Source: Fimicolochytrium jonesii
Taxonomy: Eukaryota
Assembly: GCF_025526975.1 (NCBI RefSeq)
Contig: NW_026515703.1
Coordinates: forward strand, 1 to 64,000
Direction: 5' to 3'
Length of the DNA: 64,000 bases
In this document: positions 13,475 through 26,831 of the stretch, one piece after another
How the letters are laid out: each line of letters opens with the position of its first letter
Position numbering within the stretch: position 1 is the stretch's first letter
Position numbers and translations under genes: made by a program
Notes under the pieces: model-generated
What the model was told of the DNA's origin: nothing
The model's database searches: none
What the model saw: the letters and a program-made list of their open reading frames with translations, nothing else

Positions 13475-14693
13475 GGTAGGCGTAGCTAGGCGTAGCGCAT
13501 GACAGCTGATATAACCTCTGTATCTGCCACTTTTGTGCATGTAATCATCCATATGAGACATCTGTATCCTTGAGCGAAAGGCTTTCGAAGATCTTATATT
13601 CTTAGCAGATGACTCGCCCAACTTCCCCCATATTTGAAGAGTAACGATTTGAAAACATCTTGCAAAATATATCCCACACTACGTGGTACAATGGAAAACG
13701 GCCCCGCTAACCCAGCTCATTGTGCGGCGGAGGCGCCGTTTCGACACCCGCCATCAAACGCCCATCTTGCTCGTTCGTCAATCCTCCAGGGCCTAGTACT
13801 CCTCCCCGCCATCCACTCCATGCAGTACCTTATCCTACAAATCACGCAGCGTCTGAACAGATCCCCTCGGATACAAATTCAAGGCATCATCCGCCGTCAT
13901 CTTCAAAACTCATCCGTGACCTTGTAGGTTATCCATCGAAGCCTCATCACCCACCTCACATACGAACCCATCGGGCGTCATGACGACTGCCCATGGTTGA
14001 GCTCCATCGGTTTGGTACGCCCTGCTGTCTCTTTTGGTGCTTTGGGGTCGTCGTGGGATGCTTCAAGCCCAGGTAACTCCATGATGGGTGATGGGGGGCA
14101 TTCTACCATCCTTCCCGAGATGCAGTTGCAGCAAGGACCTGACTTTGACCAAAGGCGAAGGCGTTCCCGTGCACCGTCTTCGTACGTGAGATCGAGGCGT
14201 TTTCCCGTGCGCAAAGAATGCTGCCCGCAGGTCTTCGTACGCTACTTCTTTGGCTGGCACGCAGAGCTGCGGGAAACAAGGGTCGTCAATAGCAAAGGTG
14301 CAGTAGCGGGATATTCGGAATGAGAGATATCTCTTACCTTGATAGACCCCGGCTTGACATGCTTGTGCCTATGCGTTTCGAGGTAGAGCAAGAGCAGATG
14401 ATGTTCATCAAGAGCGTGCTCGCCCGCCCTATGCTCCGGAGAAGCCTGGAGACGCGACCCTCGCAGACTCAGCAGACTCTCGCAAACCGCCATTGCGACA
14501 TCAACCTGCTCGCATTTCCACACAACGCACATACAGGACTTCCGCCGGCTCCCCTAGCCCCCCTAGCCCCCCGCCAACGCGGTCCTGACCACCTGTCGAA
14601 GCTCCCACTGGACGCCTCCGGTAAAGCGCTAGCACCTGTACGTTCAGAAACAGCGACGCGCACGAAGATCCCATATTTGAGCATAGAGGCAAT

Positions 14694-16233
14694 ATGCCAG
14701 CAGAAGGGGGGGTGACTGTGAGTGCACTATTTGTCTCCGATCACCCAAACCACCGTCTCCCCGCCAACCAACGTCTCTGTTCAGAGCAGCATCCACGAGT
14801 ACCTCGAAAAACTGCATGAAAAAACTCTCAACGATCTCTACAAACAACCCGCAACATGTCTCGCAATCCTCCGCCTCGTCCCTCCAATAGCAAAGCACGT
14901 CGTCATGCGGCTGCTCTACACCCGCGGCCCCGTCGCCAAATCCGAGATTGCAGTGTGGGTATTCCTCGACCAGAAACGGACCCTCAAAGAAGGGCTCGAG
15001 AAACTCTCCAAGCTGCATATCTGCGCGACCTGCAAGGCGCAGCCGGACCATCTGGAGATGAACAGGACTTTCCAGGAGGGGTTGCATAATGCGCTGGTGG
15101 GCGGAGGTGACCATATGAGTTTCGGGGAGCCGATGGATGATGGCTCGCAGGAGGTAGATATTGCGTTTTTGGATAACCATGCCGCGCAGGCTTGGGAGAC
15201 CGTGCTGCACTACCTCGTCGGCACGCCCTCAGAGCGCAAACCCAAAGCGGTTGTCAAACTGCTGACAGAGTCCGGGCTGCAGGAGCTTTCCGACGGGGGA
15301 AGCGGAATGGACGGCGACACGCGGCTGACGATCACGAGCAAAGGGTTCCAGTTCCTCCTCCTCGACGTGAACGTGCAAGTCTGGTCGCTCCTCCTCCAAT
15401 ACCTCGACCTGGCCGAAAAGCAGCTCAACATGCAGATCGTCCAAGTGCTCAACTTCCTCTTCCAAGTCGGCTCCCTCGAACTGGGGCAGGCTTATTCCTC
15501 GGAAGCACTCACAGACACCCAACAGCACGTCCTGAAGGACCTCAAATATTTCGGACTCTTCTACCAACGCAAAAATTCGCGACGCTTCTATCCGACCCGT
15601 ATGGCTACCGCCCTCACCTCCGGCACGATGCTCACCGCACGCCCGACCGCCGAGATCCAACAACAGCAGGGGTATATCATCATCGAGACCAATTACCGCA
15701 TGTATGCATACACCGACTCCCCACTGCAGATTGCCATCCTCTCCCTGTTTGTATCCCTGCAGGCCAGGTTCCAGAATATGGTCACGGGCCTCATCACCCG
15801 CGACGCCATCCGGTCCGCCCTCACGAAGGGGATCACCGCCGACCAGATCATCACCTACCTCACAACTCATGCACACCCCGAGATGAAGAAAGCATCGCCG
15901 ATCCTGCCCCAAACCGTGGTCGACCAGATCCGGCTATGGGAACTGGAGTTGAACCGGCTCCGAATCTCGGCAGGGCATCTATATACCGATTTCGCGGATT
16001 TGAGAGAGTTTAAGGATATCATGGGCTATGCGGAGCCGAATGGCTTTGTGCTGTGGAGGAGCGAGAAAGGAAGGATGGTGGTTGTTACGGAGGCTGGGCA
16101 TGAGCATGTGAAGACGTATCGGAAGCGGATGATGGCGCAGGCGGAGGCGGAGAGGAATGGGAGTGGGGGTGGTAGTGCCGCGGCGGCGGCGGCGGTGGGC
16201 GGGAAGGGTGCGAGGGCGACGGTGTCGAGGTGA
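14694..16233 (+). CDS. TFB2: TFIIH core subunit Tfb2/p52 (GTF2H4)
   Basis: LYKQPATCLAILRL, ITSKGFQFLL, FYPTRMA, IIIETNYRMYAYT and DQIRLWELE motifs. A short first exon MPAEGGVT splices in frame. Confidence 0.95.
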
Positions 16234-16794
16234 GCGGGATAGCATGCGATCGATCCATCTTGGCATTTTCTCTTTGACCTCCGGCGTCCCTCGGGCGACG
16301 GCTGCATATATAGATACCATGGCGAAAGTACTGAATCATGCCATAAATATGTTTATATCAGAAACAGACATATGGACAGATGGATTGTTGTACGGTGTTT
16401 AAGCCGCATTCCCGACTTTCTTTCACACGCAAGTGACGGGTGCGAACCCAATTCAAGTTCAATTTTTCGATCTCCGGTCACACCGCAAACCCATTTTCAC
16501 AAAGTATGGAAGCTGGTTATCCATCCAGAGGACAACCTCTGCCCCCCGAGCGTGCCCACCTTCCCCATACATATACTGTACGTAGTAGGTACCACCACTA
16601 CTCTCCGGACTCTGCCCCGCTTACTGGATTGACGGGACATTGGAATTGACGGCAGCTTAATTAAGCGCGCAGAGCGTTCCAAGAAAGCGCAGTCACCGCG
16701 CCATCGGGCTCTGTCGGGTCTCCCAAAACGTCTCCAAACAGTGTTGTGGAGATGATGGTCATTAGCGAATCGGCTACGTCTAGACGTCGGACAG

Positions 16795-18468
16795 ATGTCA
16801 GGAACACTCGACTCCATACGACTGAGGCCAGCTTCAGAGGAGGAGCCATCCCAGCAGGAAACGAAAATATGTAAAATGTAATGTAATGCTATTGTCCGCC
16901 CTGCCGGGTTTGGGATGACGCTCTTGCTCACCAGTGCTCCACTCAAACTCCAGATGTCAACGCCAGTTCGCCCCTTACACCTGTCCACGATGTAATCTCC
17001 AATACTGCTCTGTAGCCTGCTACAAATCCGAGGTAAGGATCGCCACCTCCCTCCCAGAGCTTGTGCTTTAATTCTTGCCACCGATACAAATATCCAATAC
17101 CCAAAGCTTTCGCTAGAAACATTCCGTCTGCACAGAACTGTTCTACAAGGACAACATAAACAACGAGCTGCAAGGGAAGAGGGCATCCGATGATGAACGA
17201 AGGAAGATGGTTCAGATGCTGAGACGCTTTGAAGAGAGTGGAGAGGTGGGGATCCAACCGGACTCAGGTAGGTGGCCAGAGTGGTCCCAGTAACGTCACC
17301 TGTGCATCGCTGTGAATCGCTCATACTCTCTTTCCTTTAGATGATGAGGACCCTACTCCCGAGTTGGCCGACCGCTTGCAGGACATCGATCTTGGTTGGT
17401 CAGTTTGGCTTACAATTCAAATCGAAAAGTCATAACTTACTGGGATGTTGATCCGTTAGATATGGCGTCACCAGACGCTATTCTCGACGCCCTCACACCA
17501 GCGGAACGCGCGGAATTCGAAGCGTCTTTGCGGGAAGGTTCAGACGCAGTGCGATCGTATCTGAGTCTCTGGGAGCCGTGGTGGGAGGCGGAACAGAACC
17601 GCACACCGTTGGTGCAGGATATGGAGGAGAGCGCCAATAGTGAGCCGTGCCGCGTGGAAGAAACATCCCCCGTACCGAAGATAATACCAAGAATCAAGAA
17701 AATGAGTCAATTGAAGTCGGCGAAGCCGGCGGATGACCTGATTTTCAACGTGGTAGAAATCATGTGAGTGGGGATTTGCCGCACTATTCATACCCGCACG
17801 GTTCCAGCTAACACCGTGCCGATCTGACAGAGGAGCATACGCTTTCATGTGTCGTTATCTTAATGGGGATTGGTCAGAAGATCCCATCGAGGGCGCCCGG
17901 ATCCTGTGGGACTTGTCGCGCACGCTCTCTTCCAATCAGGCGTTTGCATACCCTGGTGTGGAGGAGGCATTGGTGTCGCTAAAGATGAAGCTGTTACAGG
18001 TTAGAACGTATTGTTGTAGTAGCATGCAGTCAAAGGAGCGATTGAGGCTGACTACCGATACTTGTGCAGAATCGAACATACGGCGGAGGCTCGAAAAGTT
18101 TCGAAATGCTACTAAACGACACTGCAACGCTCTTCACATCATCCGACCATCTACTTTCCGTCTTCTCCGACATCCATGATCTATTTGGCAAAGCGCATTC
18201 CGCAGCTGGAAAACATGAAGAAGGTGCAGCGACAGTTCCACGCGCCCTGCGTCAAAAGCTGTTTGCGTCACAGAAGAAGACGTACTTCTACCTCTCCTTC
18301 TTAAGCGACGACGGTGACATGGATAAGCTTCTCGACGTGGTGCGTGCCGTGGTGATGTTGGAGAGCAACAAGGAGAGTGAGGAAAGCCGAACGTTGAGTG
18401 GGGAGAGGCAGGCAGTTGACATGCTAAGGAAGCGGCCAGCGCCAGGAAAGCTTGTTGAGGAGCTGTAG
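16795..18468 (+). CDS. Zinc finger HIT domain protein (ZNHIT2-like), multi-exon
   Basis: Spliced CKIC...YTCPRCNLQYCSVACYKSE-KHSVCTELFYKD zf-HIT domain, later LTPAERAEFE and WEPWWE. Confidence 0.8.
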
Positions 18469-18776
18469 CCCATAGCATGGTTTTTGCAGTGTAGATTATG
18501 CAGTTACGTGCAGATAGTGTAGCGGCGTATTTTGCTGGAGCATACTCGTTTCAATTGAGTTGTGTTCCTCGAAAGCGACGCCTATGGGGATGTGGGCTGT
18601 GATGGGCGCTGTTCCCAAAGCGCGGAATATAAGTTTCCTCTTTGCCACGTGGTCTGGCACGAATTAAAACGCACGCGCTTTTCCCCTCTCTGCGTTTTTC
18701 TCCCCTTTCTCCCACCTTTCGCCAGCCCTCCAGGTTCCTCTGGTTCCTCAGACAGAGACCGACCTCAAAGCAATCA

Positions 18777-20796
18777 ATGTTCAACGAAGGCACAGACAAG
18801 GCCACAGTCGGCTTGGAGCTGCGGTCAGCAACAGACCCCGCCCTAGTCACCGATGTCTCAAACGCCTGCGGTTTCTCCTTCGGCCTCATCAACCTCCTGC
18901 GCGCGGGCGTGCAAGACCGCTTCCTCACCGACACAACAACTACAACTGTCCCCAACGCCTTCCAACCAGCAGACCTCCAACTCACCGACCCTGCGTTTGC
19001 CGGAAACCTCGTCGGCGGAATCTCACCCTGCGAGCCGTTGGACTCACCCGATGCCGTCGTACGACAGAAATGCGAGCAGTTGATCAGGCAGCAGATTCAA
19101 TGGGCCGCCCACCTCGGTTTGTCGGCTGTCCTGTTCACCTACCCGGAAACACAGAACTCGAGCAACGCGAACTTTGCACGAGTGGTGAACAGGGCGCTGG
19201 GAATGGTCACGTACACGCAGATATGGGTCAAGATCACCGTTGAAGGTGATGGGAGGAGGGCGTGGGGACAGTGGAATATGTTGAGGACATTTTGCCAGCA
19301 TAGTCCGAAGCTGTTGGTGGTACTGCAGATTGGCGCGCATATGCCGGATGCGGATACGATGAAGCAGTGGGTTGCTGAGCCTGTGAGGGTTGTCATGTTG
19401 CCCACAACGGCGTTTTTGGCGAATAAGAAAGGGTTTCCCGTGCTCAGCAAGGCGCATCAATCATTTTTGCACAGTCTGATGGAGGTATGTATCGTGAGCG
19501 AAGCAAGGTTGGCTCGGACTGCGACGAGCAAAGCGAGGCGCAGGGATGCTTGAGGCATGCGAGCCACCTTGCGCCAACAAATCACATGTTTCTGACCCCT
19601 ACCTTCATTTTGTCATATAGCAAAACGTGCAATTCATTGTGAGCGCAGACAACGAAGGTTCGCAAGCTCACACGGGAGGTCCCGCCGCATACCAACAATA
19701 CCTCAGCCACCTCCACCGAACGCGCCCCGAGCAGGACATCGTAGATCAATTCGCCACCGGATACCACGACTACCTACAATCCCCCCTTCAACCATTGATG
19801 GACAACCTGGAGTCTGCCACCTACGAAGTGTTTGAAAAAGACCCCATCAAGTACCAAGAGTACGAGCGAGCCACCTACCGTGCCCTCCTCGACCGCGTGC
19901 CCGAGGGCTCCGACACCGTGACCGTAGTGATGGTAGTCGGCGCCGGCCGCGGCCCCCTAGTCCAACGCGCCTTGCAAGCCGCCGAAAACGCCAAACGGCG
20001 CGTCAAAGTCTACGCGGTCGAAAAGAACCCCAATGCAATCGTCACCCTCCGCGCCCGTAAGCAAACTGAATGGGGCGACTTGGTCGAAGTCGTCCACTGC
20101 GACATGCGCTACTGGACCGCCCCCGAACAAACCGATATCCTCATTTCGGAGTTGTTGGGTTCCTTCGGCGACAACGAACTCTCCCCCGAATGCCTCGACG
20201 GCGCACAACGCTTCCTCAAACCAGACGGTATCTCCATCCCCTCCGATTACACCGCCTTCATCGCCCCGATCTCCTCCACGAAACTCTTCAACGAGGTTGC
20301 GTCCTTCAAGGATACTGAGCATATGGAAACGCCCTACGTCGTCAAGTTCCGCGCCATCAACGAGCTCGCCTCGCCTAAACCGGTGTGGACGTTCACACAC
20401 CCGAACCGTAACCTCAAGCTCGACCTCGGCTCACCGGCGTTCAACGCGCACAATAACCGATATTCAACGCAAAGGTTTAGGGTATCTTCCGATTCGTTGA
20501 TGCACGGCGTTGCGGGCTACTTTGAAGCCACCCTCTACAAAGACGTGATGATCAGTATTCACCCAGCCACACACTCCCCAGGCATGTTCAGCTGGTTCCC
20601 CATCTTCTTCCCGATCAAGGAACCGGTGTATTTGAGGAAGGGAGGGGAGGTGGAGGTGTGTTTTTGGAGGTGTGGGGATGCGAGGAAGGTGTGGTATGAG
20701 TGGTGTGTTGTGCCTGTGGCCGAGGAGGGGGAGGTGCCTGTTGCGGCATCAAGTGTGCATAATGTGGACGGGAGGAGTTCGTGGATTGGGCTTTGA
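18777..20796 (+). CDS. PRMT5: Protein arginine N-methyltransferase 5 (Skb1/Hsl7)
   Basis: LQSPLQPLMDNLESATYEVFEKDPIKY, VVGAGRGPL, SELLGSFGDNELSPECLDG and GMFSWFPIFFP motifs, with one intron at ~19486-19620. Confidence 0.97.
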
Positions 20797-21786
20797 CGGG
20801 TAAAGGGAGTTGGAGTTGAACATATGGCGTAGCGTATGCACCGTAGGTGTAGAGTAGATAGAAAAATGAGCGTAGGGGGGTCAGTGCCCGTCCTTTTTTA
20901 TTTTTCACCATAGGAGGGTGGGAATACATGATACGCTTGTGTGAAGGCAATCCATCGCGTGCACATGATGCCTGATGTGCAAAAGGCGGAACAGGCGCAA
21001 CGCGAGCGCGAGCGCGAGCGGATAGCTGCTGAAGCGGTGTTGGGGGAGGAGGAGAGGAAGGCGAGGGAGAAGCCGTTTGGGGTGCTTGATAATGAGAGTG
21101 TTAAGAATGTGGCGGTGGAGGTTGTGGCGGAGATGCTTGCGGCGGTGGGGAGGGAGGTGGAGGCGAGGTTGGAGGAGGGACGGGGGAGGTTTTTGGAGAG
21201 AGTTGGAGGGGTCAAGTAGGGATAGGTTGAAGGGCTGATCTGAGGATGTATCGGCGTGTTTTGCGAATACTCTTATCGTCTCCATTGAATAGTAAGAAAG
21301 CATTCAGCAAGATGGGTATGCGTACCCCTTCTATTCTGATGCCGACAGTCGGGATGTGCACCCTTTCAATTCTGATACCAAATGCCTTCCATTCGTTATG
21401 ACTACATCAGACGGCTATGTATATCTACCTCTGAACAACTCCTTCGTCCAAACCCATTGTCGTTCTGCGTCCACGTCCCAAAGTTGCAGAGTCATTGCAA
21501 CTCTACTTGCAGCGGTCTGAAGGGTCGATTTGATCTGCGTCGTTTGTAAGCGCCGTCATGCCTGTGAATGACATTCGAATCCATGGCTGATCGCATTTTT
21601 GCTTTGGGACATGGGAGTGCAGGGGAGTGGGTGACGGCACATACAGCGCACCGCCGTCCGCGTGGTCGGTCGGGTGTCGCGAAACACTACAGAGGTCGTA
21701 GGCGCAAGCGGCGGCATGGGTCTCCATCTGTTCTCAAATGCGAGGCGCACGGAATCGCACACTCATTTCGTGCACCACCATCCCGT

Positions 21787-22562
21787 CTACTCCAGACCCA
21801 CCGAGGCTGCCTCCCACCCAAGCAACCCCAGAATCTCAACCACCCGCTTCCTAAACCCCTCCAACACGTTCCTCGGTATCATCGCTGCGTCCGCCTCCGC
21901 GTCCGCACCATCCCCACCCCCACATTTCTCCCCACTCCGGCTTTCATCTCCCCCACGGCAACACCCCTCACCCTTCCCACAGCCCCCACTCTTCGTATGC
22001 TTTGCTGCCGGGAACGTATCAGTAGCCCTATAATACGCAAGCGGGAGGAGCGTCTCAGTCGTCAGCGTCTGCAAATCCCTGTAGAGCGTTTCGAGGTCTG
22101 TTGCGAATGATTGGTGTTCAGATGTAGCGGGAAGTTTGCCGAGTTTGTGAAGTTGGAGAAGGGTGCTGTTGGGGAGTGATGAATGTATGAGTTCATTGTG
22201 TTGGGGACGATTAAACAGGAAAGACCGGTACTTGAAAGTCGAGACGAACCTGGTAACACCCCTCAACCGGCCAATCAGCAATCCAATCCTCGCCGCCTCG
22301 CTATACCCAGCATCAAAACCGGGCTGCAGCGAAGCCTCCTTGCCCTCTGCGATACCTTCCCTATATCCCGCCTGCAACCAAAAAAAAAGAGGAGTTTACA
22401 TACGGAATGATACGAGGGACTGCGGGCGGGGTGTGGAATACATACGACACCGTGGTGATCCTGCAGCCTGTTCCAGTCCCTGTCGGCAATGGAGCGGTCG
22501 TAGGCAGCTGTGTCGGGAGCGTATGCTTCGTCGTCGTCGGAGGTTGCCCAGACGTCGTCCAT
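21787..22562 (-). CDS. YAE1: Yae1 family protein (Fe-S delivery adaptor)
   Basis: MDDVW...RDWNRLQDHHGV spliced to GYREGIAEGKEASLQPGFDAGY (repeated GxxxG motif). Confidence 0.8.
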
Positions 22563-23049
22563 TGTTGTGTGTTCTCAGAGTGACTTCTGGGAATCAGGGA
22601 GGTTGCGGAATGACAAAACCGGACGGCCCTCGCGTCTTTCGATTCTCGAAGAGCAGCTCCTGCCGAGAGCATTCTCCTTGGCCGCAAACACACCCCGCAC
22701 ACACCCCCTGCAACTTGTGAAGATAGAGGCACCTTTCGTACAGGTAAGCCAAGTCATCCGGCGCATAATTCCTCTTCTAGAGCCGTCACGTACGCCTGAA
22801 GGTTGTACCGCGGGCGGCAATCGTCACGCCCATCGTCAAATTCCCACCTTGGCGCTGGGAACTGGGGCTTCGGGCGTTGAGCTGGGAAGGGGATCCCTTC
22901 GGCTATTCCGTTGGATTAGACCGTGTCCGTCTGAAGCTTTAAAGTGGAGTATATACTCAACATCGTGACGGCTTCCTCGATTATAGGACAAACCACTTGT
23001 CGCTTCAATATCACAACGTCATCACCATCGTCACTGAAGAATCGCAACC

Positions 23050-23854
23050 ATGCCGGTGAGTGGGTACAAGCAGGCCGAATTGGATGCTACAACTGGTGCA
23101 GAGTGGAGGAAGCCAGCACCATGCCCGAGTCACTTCGACTACCACCGCCCATTATGTCTGATCACATGGTTCTCCCGTATGTAGGCCTACCACTCCTCCT
23201 TCAACGACAACACGCAATACCGCCAAATAGGGAACATTGCGCTTTTGCCCATCAAAACAAAGATTCGCGGGCCCGCTCCTCCTGCTGGTAATGTCACACG
23301 TCCATCAGGTTCCATGCCGAAAGCCCACACTCCCCAACTCACTTCCTCACCCACAGCCGACCCACAAGCCGACGACATCGTCGACGAAGCCATCGCTCTA
23401 TTCCGCGCCAACTGCTTCTTCCGCAACTTCGAGATCAAAGGCAACGGCGACCGCGTCCTCATCTACCTCCTCCTGTTCATCCAGGAATGTCTCGGCAAGC
23501 TGCAAAAGAACCCGTCCGCCACCGAGGGCCAGCGTACCCTCCTCACCCATGCATTGCAGAACTTTGCGGTGCCGGGCGAGCCCCAGTTTCCGCTAAATGC
23601 TATGTATGAGAAGCCCGGGAGTCGTGCTGATATTGGTATGTTTGTCGAACTACATTCCTTTTTGACATCGAAACTTACCTTATTCACGTGTGGATTCCGT
23701 AGACAATCTGAAACAATACCTAAGCCAACTCCGCCAAGAAACCGTCACTCGTCTGTTACCAAAAGTGTACGACGGCGACCGTCCGAGCAAATGGTGGATG
23801 TGCTTCTCGAAGCGAAAGTTTATGGGGCTGCCCAACATCGGGACGTTGGCATAG
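23050..23854 (+). CDS. ARPC3: Arp2/3 complex subunit 3 (p21-Arc)
   Basis: MP|AYHSSF start, [23 protein letters not shown], and final exon YLSQLRQE...[14 protein letters not shown]. Confidence 0.95.
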
Positions 23855-24585
23855 AGTGGCAGATACACGTTGATTGAGGAGGTGGGAGGGGCAGCAGGGC
23901 ATTGTGAGCCCCCTTCGTTCAGTGCTGTGGCATTTTTCGGTTTTGTTGGAACTTGATCTTGGCTTATGACAAATACAAACTCAATATGGCGTTATTGCGT
24001 TCCGGATTGTTGAGAAGCGGTGCGCTGGGGTTGGGGGAGGGGGTGAAGTGGGATGTTTCGAATGTGAGGTGGAGCAAAAGGGGGAAGTAAGGATGGGTGG
24101 GCGTACCTGCCTCCGCCAACTCGAGGCCATAGTAAAATTATCGCCTCGCTCCGAACGTTTGTAGCGGTTCTTGACCATAACCAACTCCTTCAGCGCGAAA
24201 TAACTTAGAGGTGCTCCGGGGATCTTGCGACGTGTAAGGTTCGTGTGAAAAGACCGACGTGCCTTCAATTCTATTTATAGCAGGCGTAGATATGACACCA
24301 ACGACAGACTCGCGCACATGCGATGGGCCAACTTGTCAACCTCAGTGTGCGTACTGCCCGGCGTGATGAGCCAGCGTTGAGCAAGTGGAGGTCACAGCTT
24401 CGCGAAATTCTTATCCCATCTTGGCTGTGGGGAGCCGAACAGCTTGAACGCTCGGAACACGCGCTGTCGAACGTGGCTTTCACAGGCGGAGTTTTCCAAC
24501 AAGGATAGTCAAGGAACCACATCCTACGAGCAACCTCCCCTACACACATCACATTCCATTTCACCACCCACCCCTCACCGCCAAA

Positions 24586-25614
24586 ATGAACAACTTCGCC
24601 TCCCGCGAATTCTACTCTATCGTAATCGGCGGCTCTGTCCTCGCCCTCAACGCCGGCTTCATCAACGTCGTCACCCTCGCCGGCGTCTTCTCCGTCACCG
24701 TCTCTCACCACACAGGCAACGTCTCCAAAACCGCCATCGCGCTGTACAACTGGGACCTCACCACCCTCGCCCTCGTCACCTCCATCGTCTTCTCGTACAT
24801 GTTCGGCTCGTTCATTGCCGGGTTCATGGTCGGGGATAACAAGTTCCGGCTGGGGAGGAGTTATGGGTACAGTTTGATGGTGGAGTCGGCTTGCTTGTTC
24901 GGGAGTTTCGTCTTTCTCCGCCGCGAGCTTTTGGTCGGGGAGTGGTTTGCGGCCTTCGGATGCGGGCTGCAGAACGCGCTCGCGACGAGTTATTCGGGCG
25001 CCGTGGTCCGCACCACCCACATGACGGGCATCCTTACCGACATCGGCAACATCCTCGGGCAAGCCTGCCGCGCCGACACGACCGCCGAACTCTGGCGCCT
25101 CAAAGTCCACGTACCGTTACTTGCGTCGTATTTCTTTGGGGGGCTGATGGGGCAGGTCTCGTACAACATCATGCATGAGAAATCGCTGTTGTTGCCGTGC
25201 TTCTTTACCGGCGGGATCGCGTGTGTTTATTTGACGATGCCGATGGTGAAAGAAGCGACTGTGGTGTTGCAGGAGACGGTGGCGCATATGGGGCTTTTGG
25301 GCGCCCAACCTGCTGTCGAAGTGAGGATGGTAGGCGACCCGCGCGAACATGATGTGTATGCAAAAGTGCAGGGACGCAACGTGGACGTGGACATTCGCAA
25401 CTTTCTGGCAGATATCGAGGAGGATGAGGAGGGTGGTAAAGGAGGCGGGAGGAAGATGTCGCAGCAAAAGCCGCTGGAGATGGCGGATGCGAGAAAAAGG
25501 AGTTTGAGTTTAGCGACGAGTCAGTTGGTTGCTGGGGAGTTGAAGGCTGCGGCAGGTGGAGGTAGTGTGGAGGTGTTGTATTCGTCGCCTTCGACTTCCA
25601 ACATGAATTTGTAG
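24586..25614 (+). CDS. YoaK/DUF1275 family membrane protein, intronless
   Basis: LALNAGFIN, VSHHTGN, and GLQNA...VRTTHMTGILTDIG motifs, with multiple TM segments. Confidence 0.85.
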   Translation: MNNFASREFYSIVIGGSVLALNAGFINVVTLAGVFSVTVSHHTGNVSKTAIALYNWDLTTLALVTSIVFSYMFGSFIAGFMVGDNKFRLGRSYGYSLMVESACLFGSFVFLRRELLVGEWFAAFGCGLQNALATSYSGAVVRTTHMTGILTDIGNILGQACRADTTAELWRLKVHVPLLASYFFGGLMGQVSYNIMHEKSLLLPCFFTGGIACVYLTMPMVKEATVVLQETVAHMGLLGAQPAVEVRMVGDPREHDVYAKVQGRNVDVDIRNFLADIEEDEEGGKGGGRKMSQQKPLEMADARKRSLSLATSQLVAGELKAAAGGGSVEVLYSSPSTSNMNL

Positions 25615-26831
25615 AGGCTTGGGTGAATGATGTATCAAACACTCGCAAGCACAATCAGTAAAGCAAGCAAATTTACACATCAATGGAAGTTGCGTTTGGA
25701 TTCTTCCATGTGTATTTATGGCAAAATAGGCCGAACACCACTCATAAGGCATTCCCAACGTATCTCCACTATTATTAAAAGGGAAACGATAATGGAACCG
25801 CGGCATCACCGATATATCCGAGATGCGAGCTTGACGCCGTCATAGAAGATCATGAGTCGCTTCTAGACTGCCTGAGGTTTTTTCTGCAGTGCAACCGGTT
25901 CCGCGCATGGCGGCAGGAGTGGGATTGTACCCTACAACATGTGTCCGCAGAGGAACGAGATGAAATTTGAGTGGAGACGTACCGACAGGAAACCAATGTG
26001 GTCAATGCCTCCATACCCACAGGATGGCAAGCTCGGTGAGCAAATCTTCGTCGCCAAATCAGTCTACGAGCTCGGGGAGCGAATCTATGCTACGATGCTC
26101 TGGAAGTTGCTTTCGGATGGGGGTAGAGCTGCGGGCCTTTGCAGACTTTGGGCATTTGGTCCGGGAAGGCGCTTTTGTACCAGGAAATCGTCCATTCGTA
26201 ATCATATCATGGTACTTGAAGCGGGGAAATGGGGCTCCGGCCGCTCAACGAAAACGGTATCGATGCTCTCCTTGAAAGCCTTTAAGGGTTGCATATGTAT
26301 GTACGTATCCGGGAGGCAATCGGACCCGTAGACATTCTCACGATCGCACCTTCTAAAGCCAGGTCGATAGTTGCGATTTAATCGTTTGAATGCACGTGAC
26401 GCAGCCGTCAAACTTCCAAACCTTATCTGGGGCGAGCGTCATCGACGGAGATGCTGAATTCGCCCACCGCAAGCCCCTTTTCGCCCCCTCCCGAGATCGA
26501 CTCGATTCTCTGCTGGCTGTTGTTTCTCCGAAGCCCCATCGTTCAGCATTCAGAATAGCAGTTAGAGAGAGGCTATTCAATGCCAGCCCTCGCTCTCAAC
26601 GTCATCGTCGCTCCTATTCAAGGCGCCGCCACCCACGCTGCATTCTCCGCAGCCCTCAGCGTTTACTGACATTTGCCAAACCGTGCCCACGCACGGCCGG
26701 TCAGATTGGGTGTGGTCGTCGTTGGTGGTCCTCTGTGAAAACAACGGCAGTTCCGTCGTTGAAGACCTCACAGGAATATCAGCGCTTCGCACCTCTACTT
26801 TAACCCTATCGAGGACTCGATCTTCACAACC

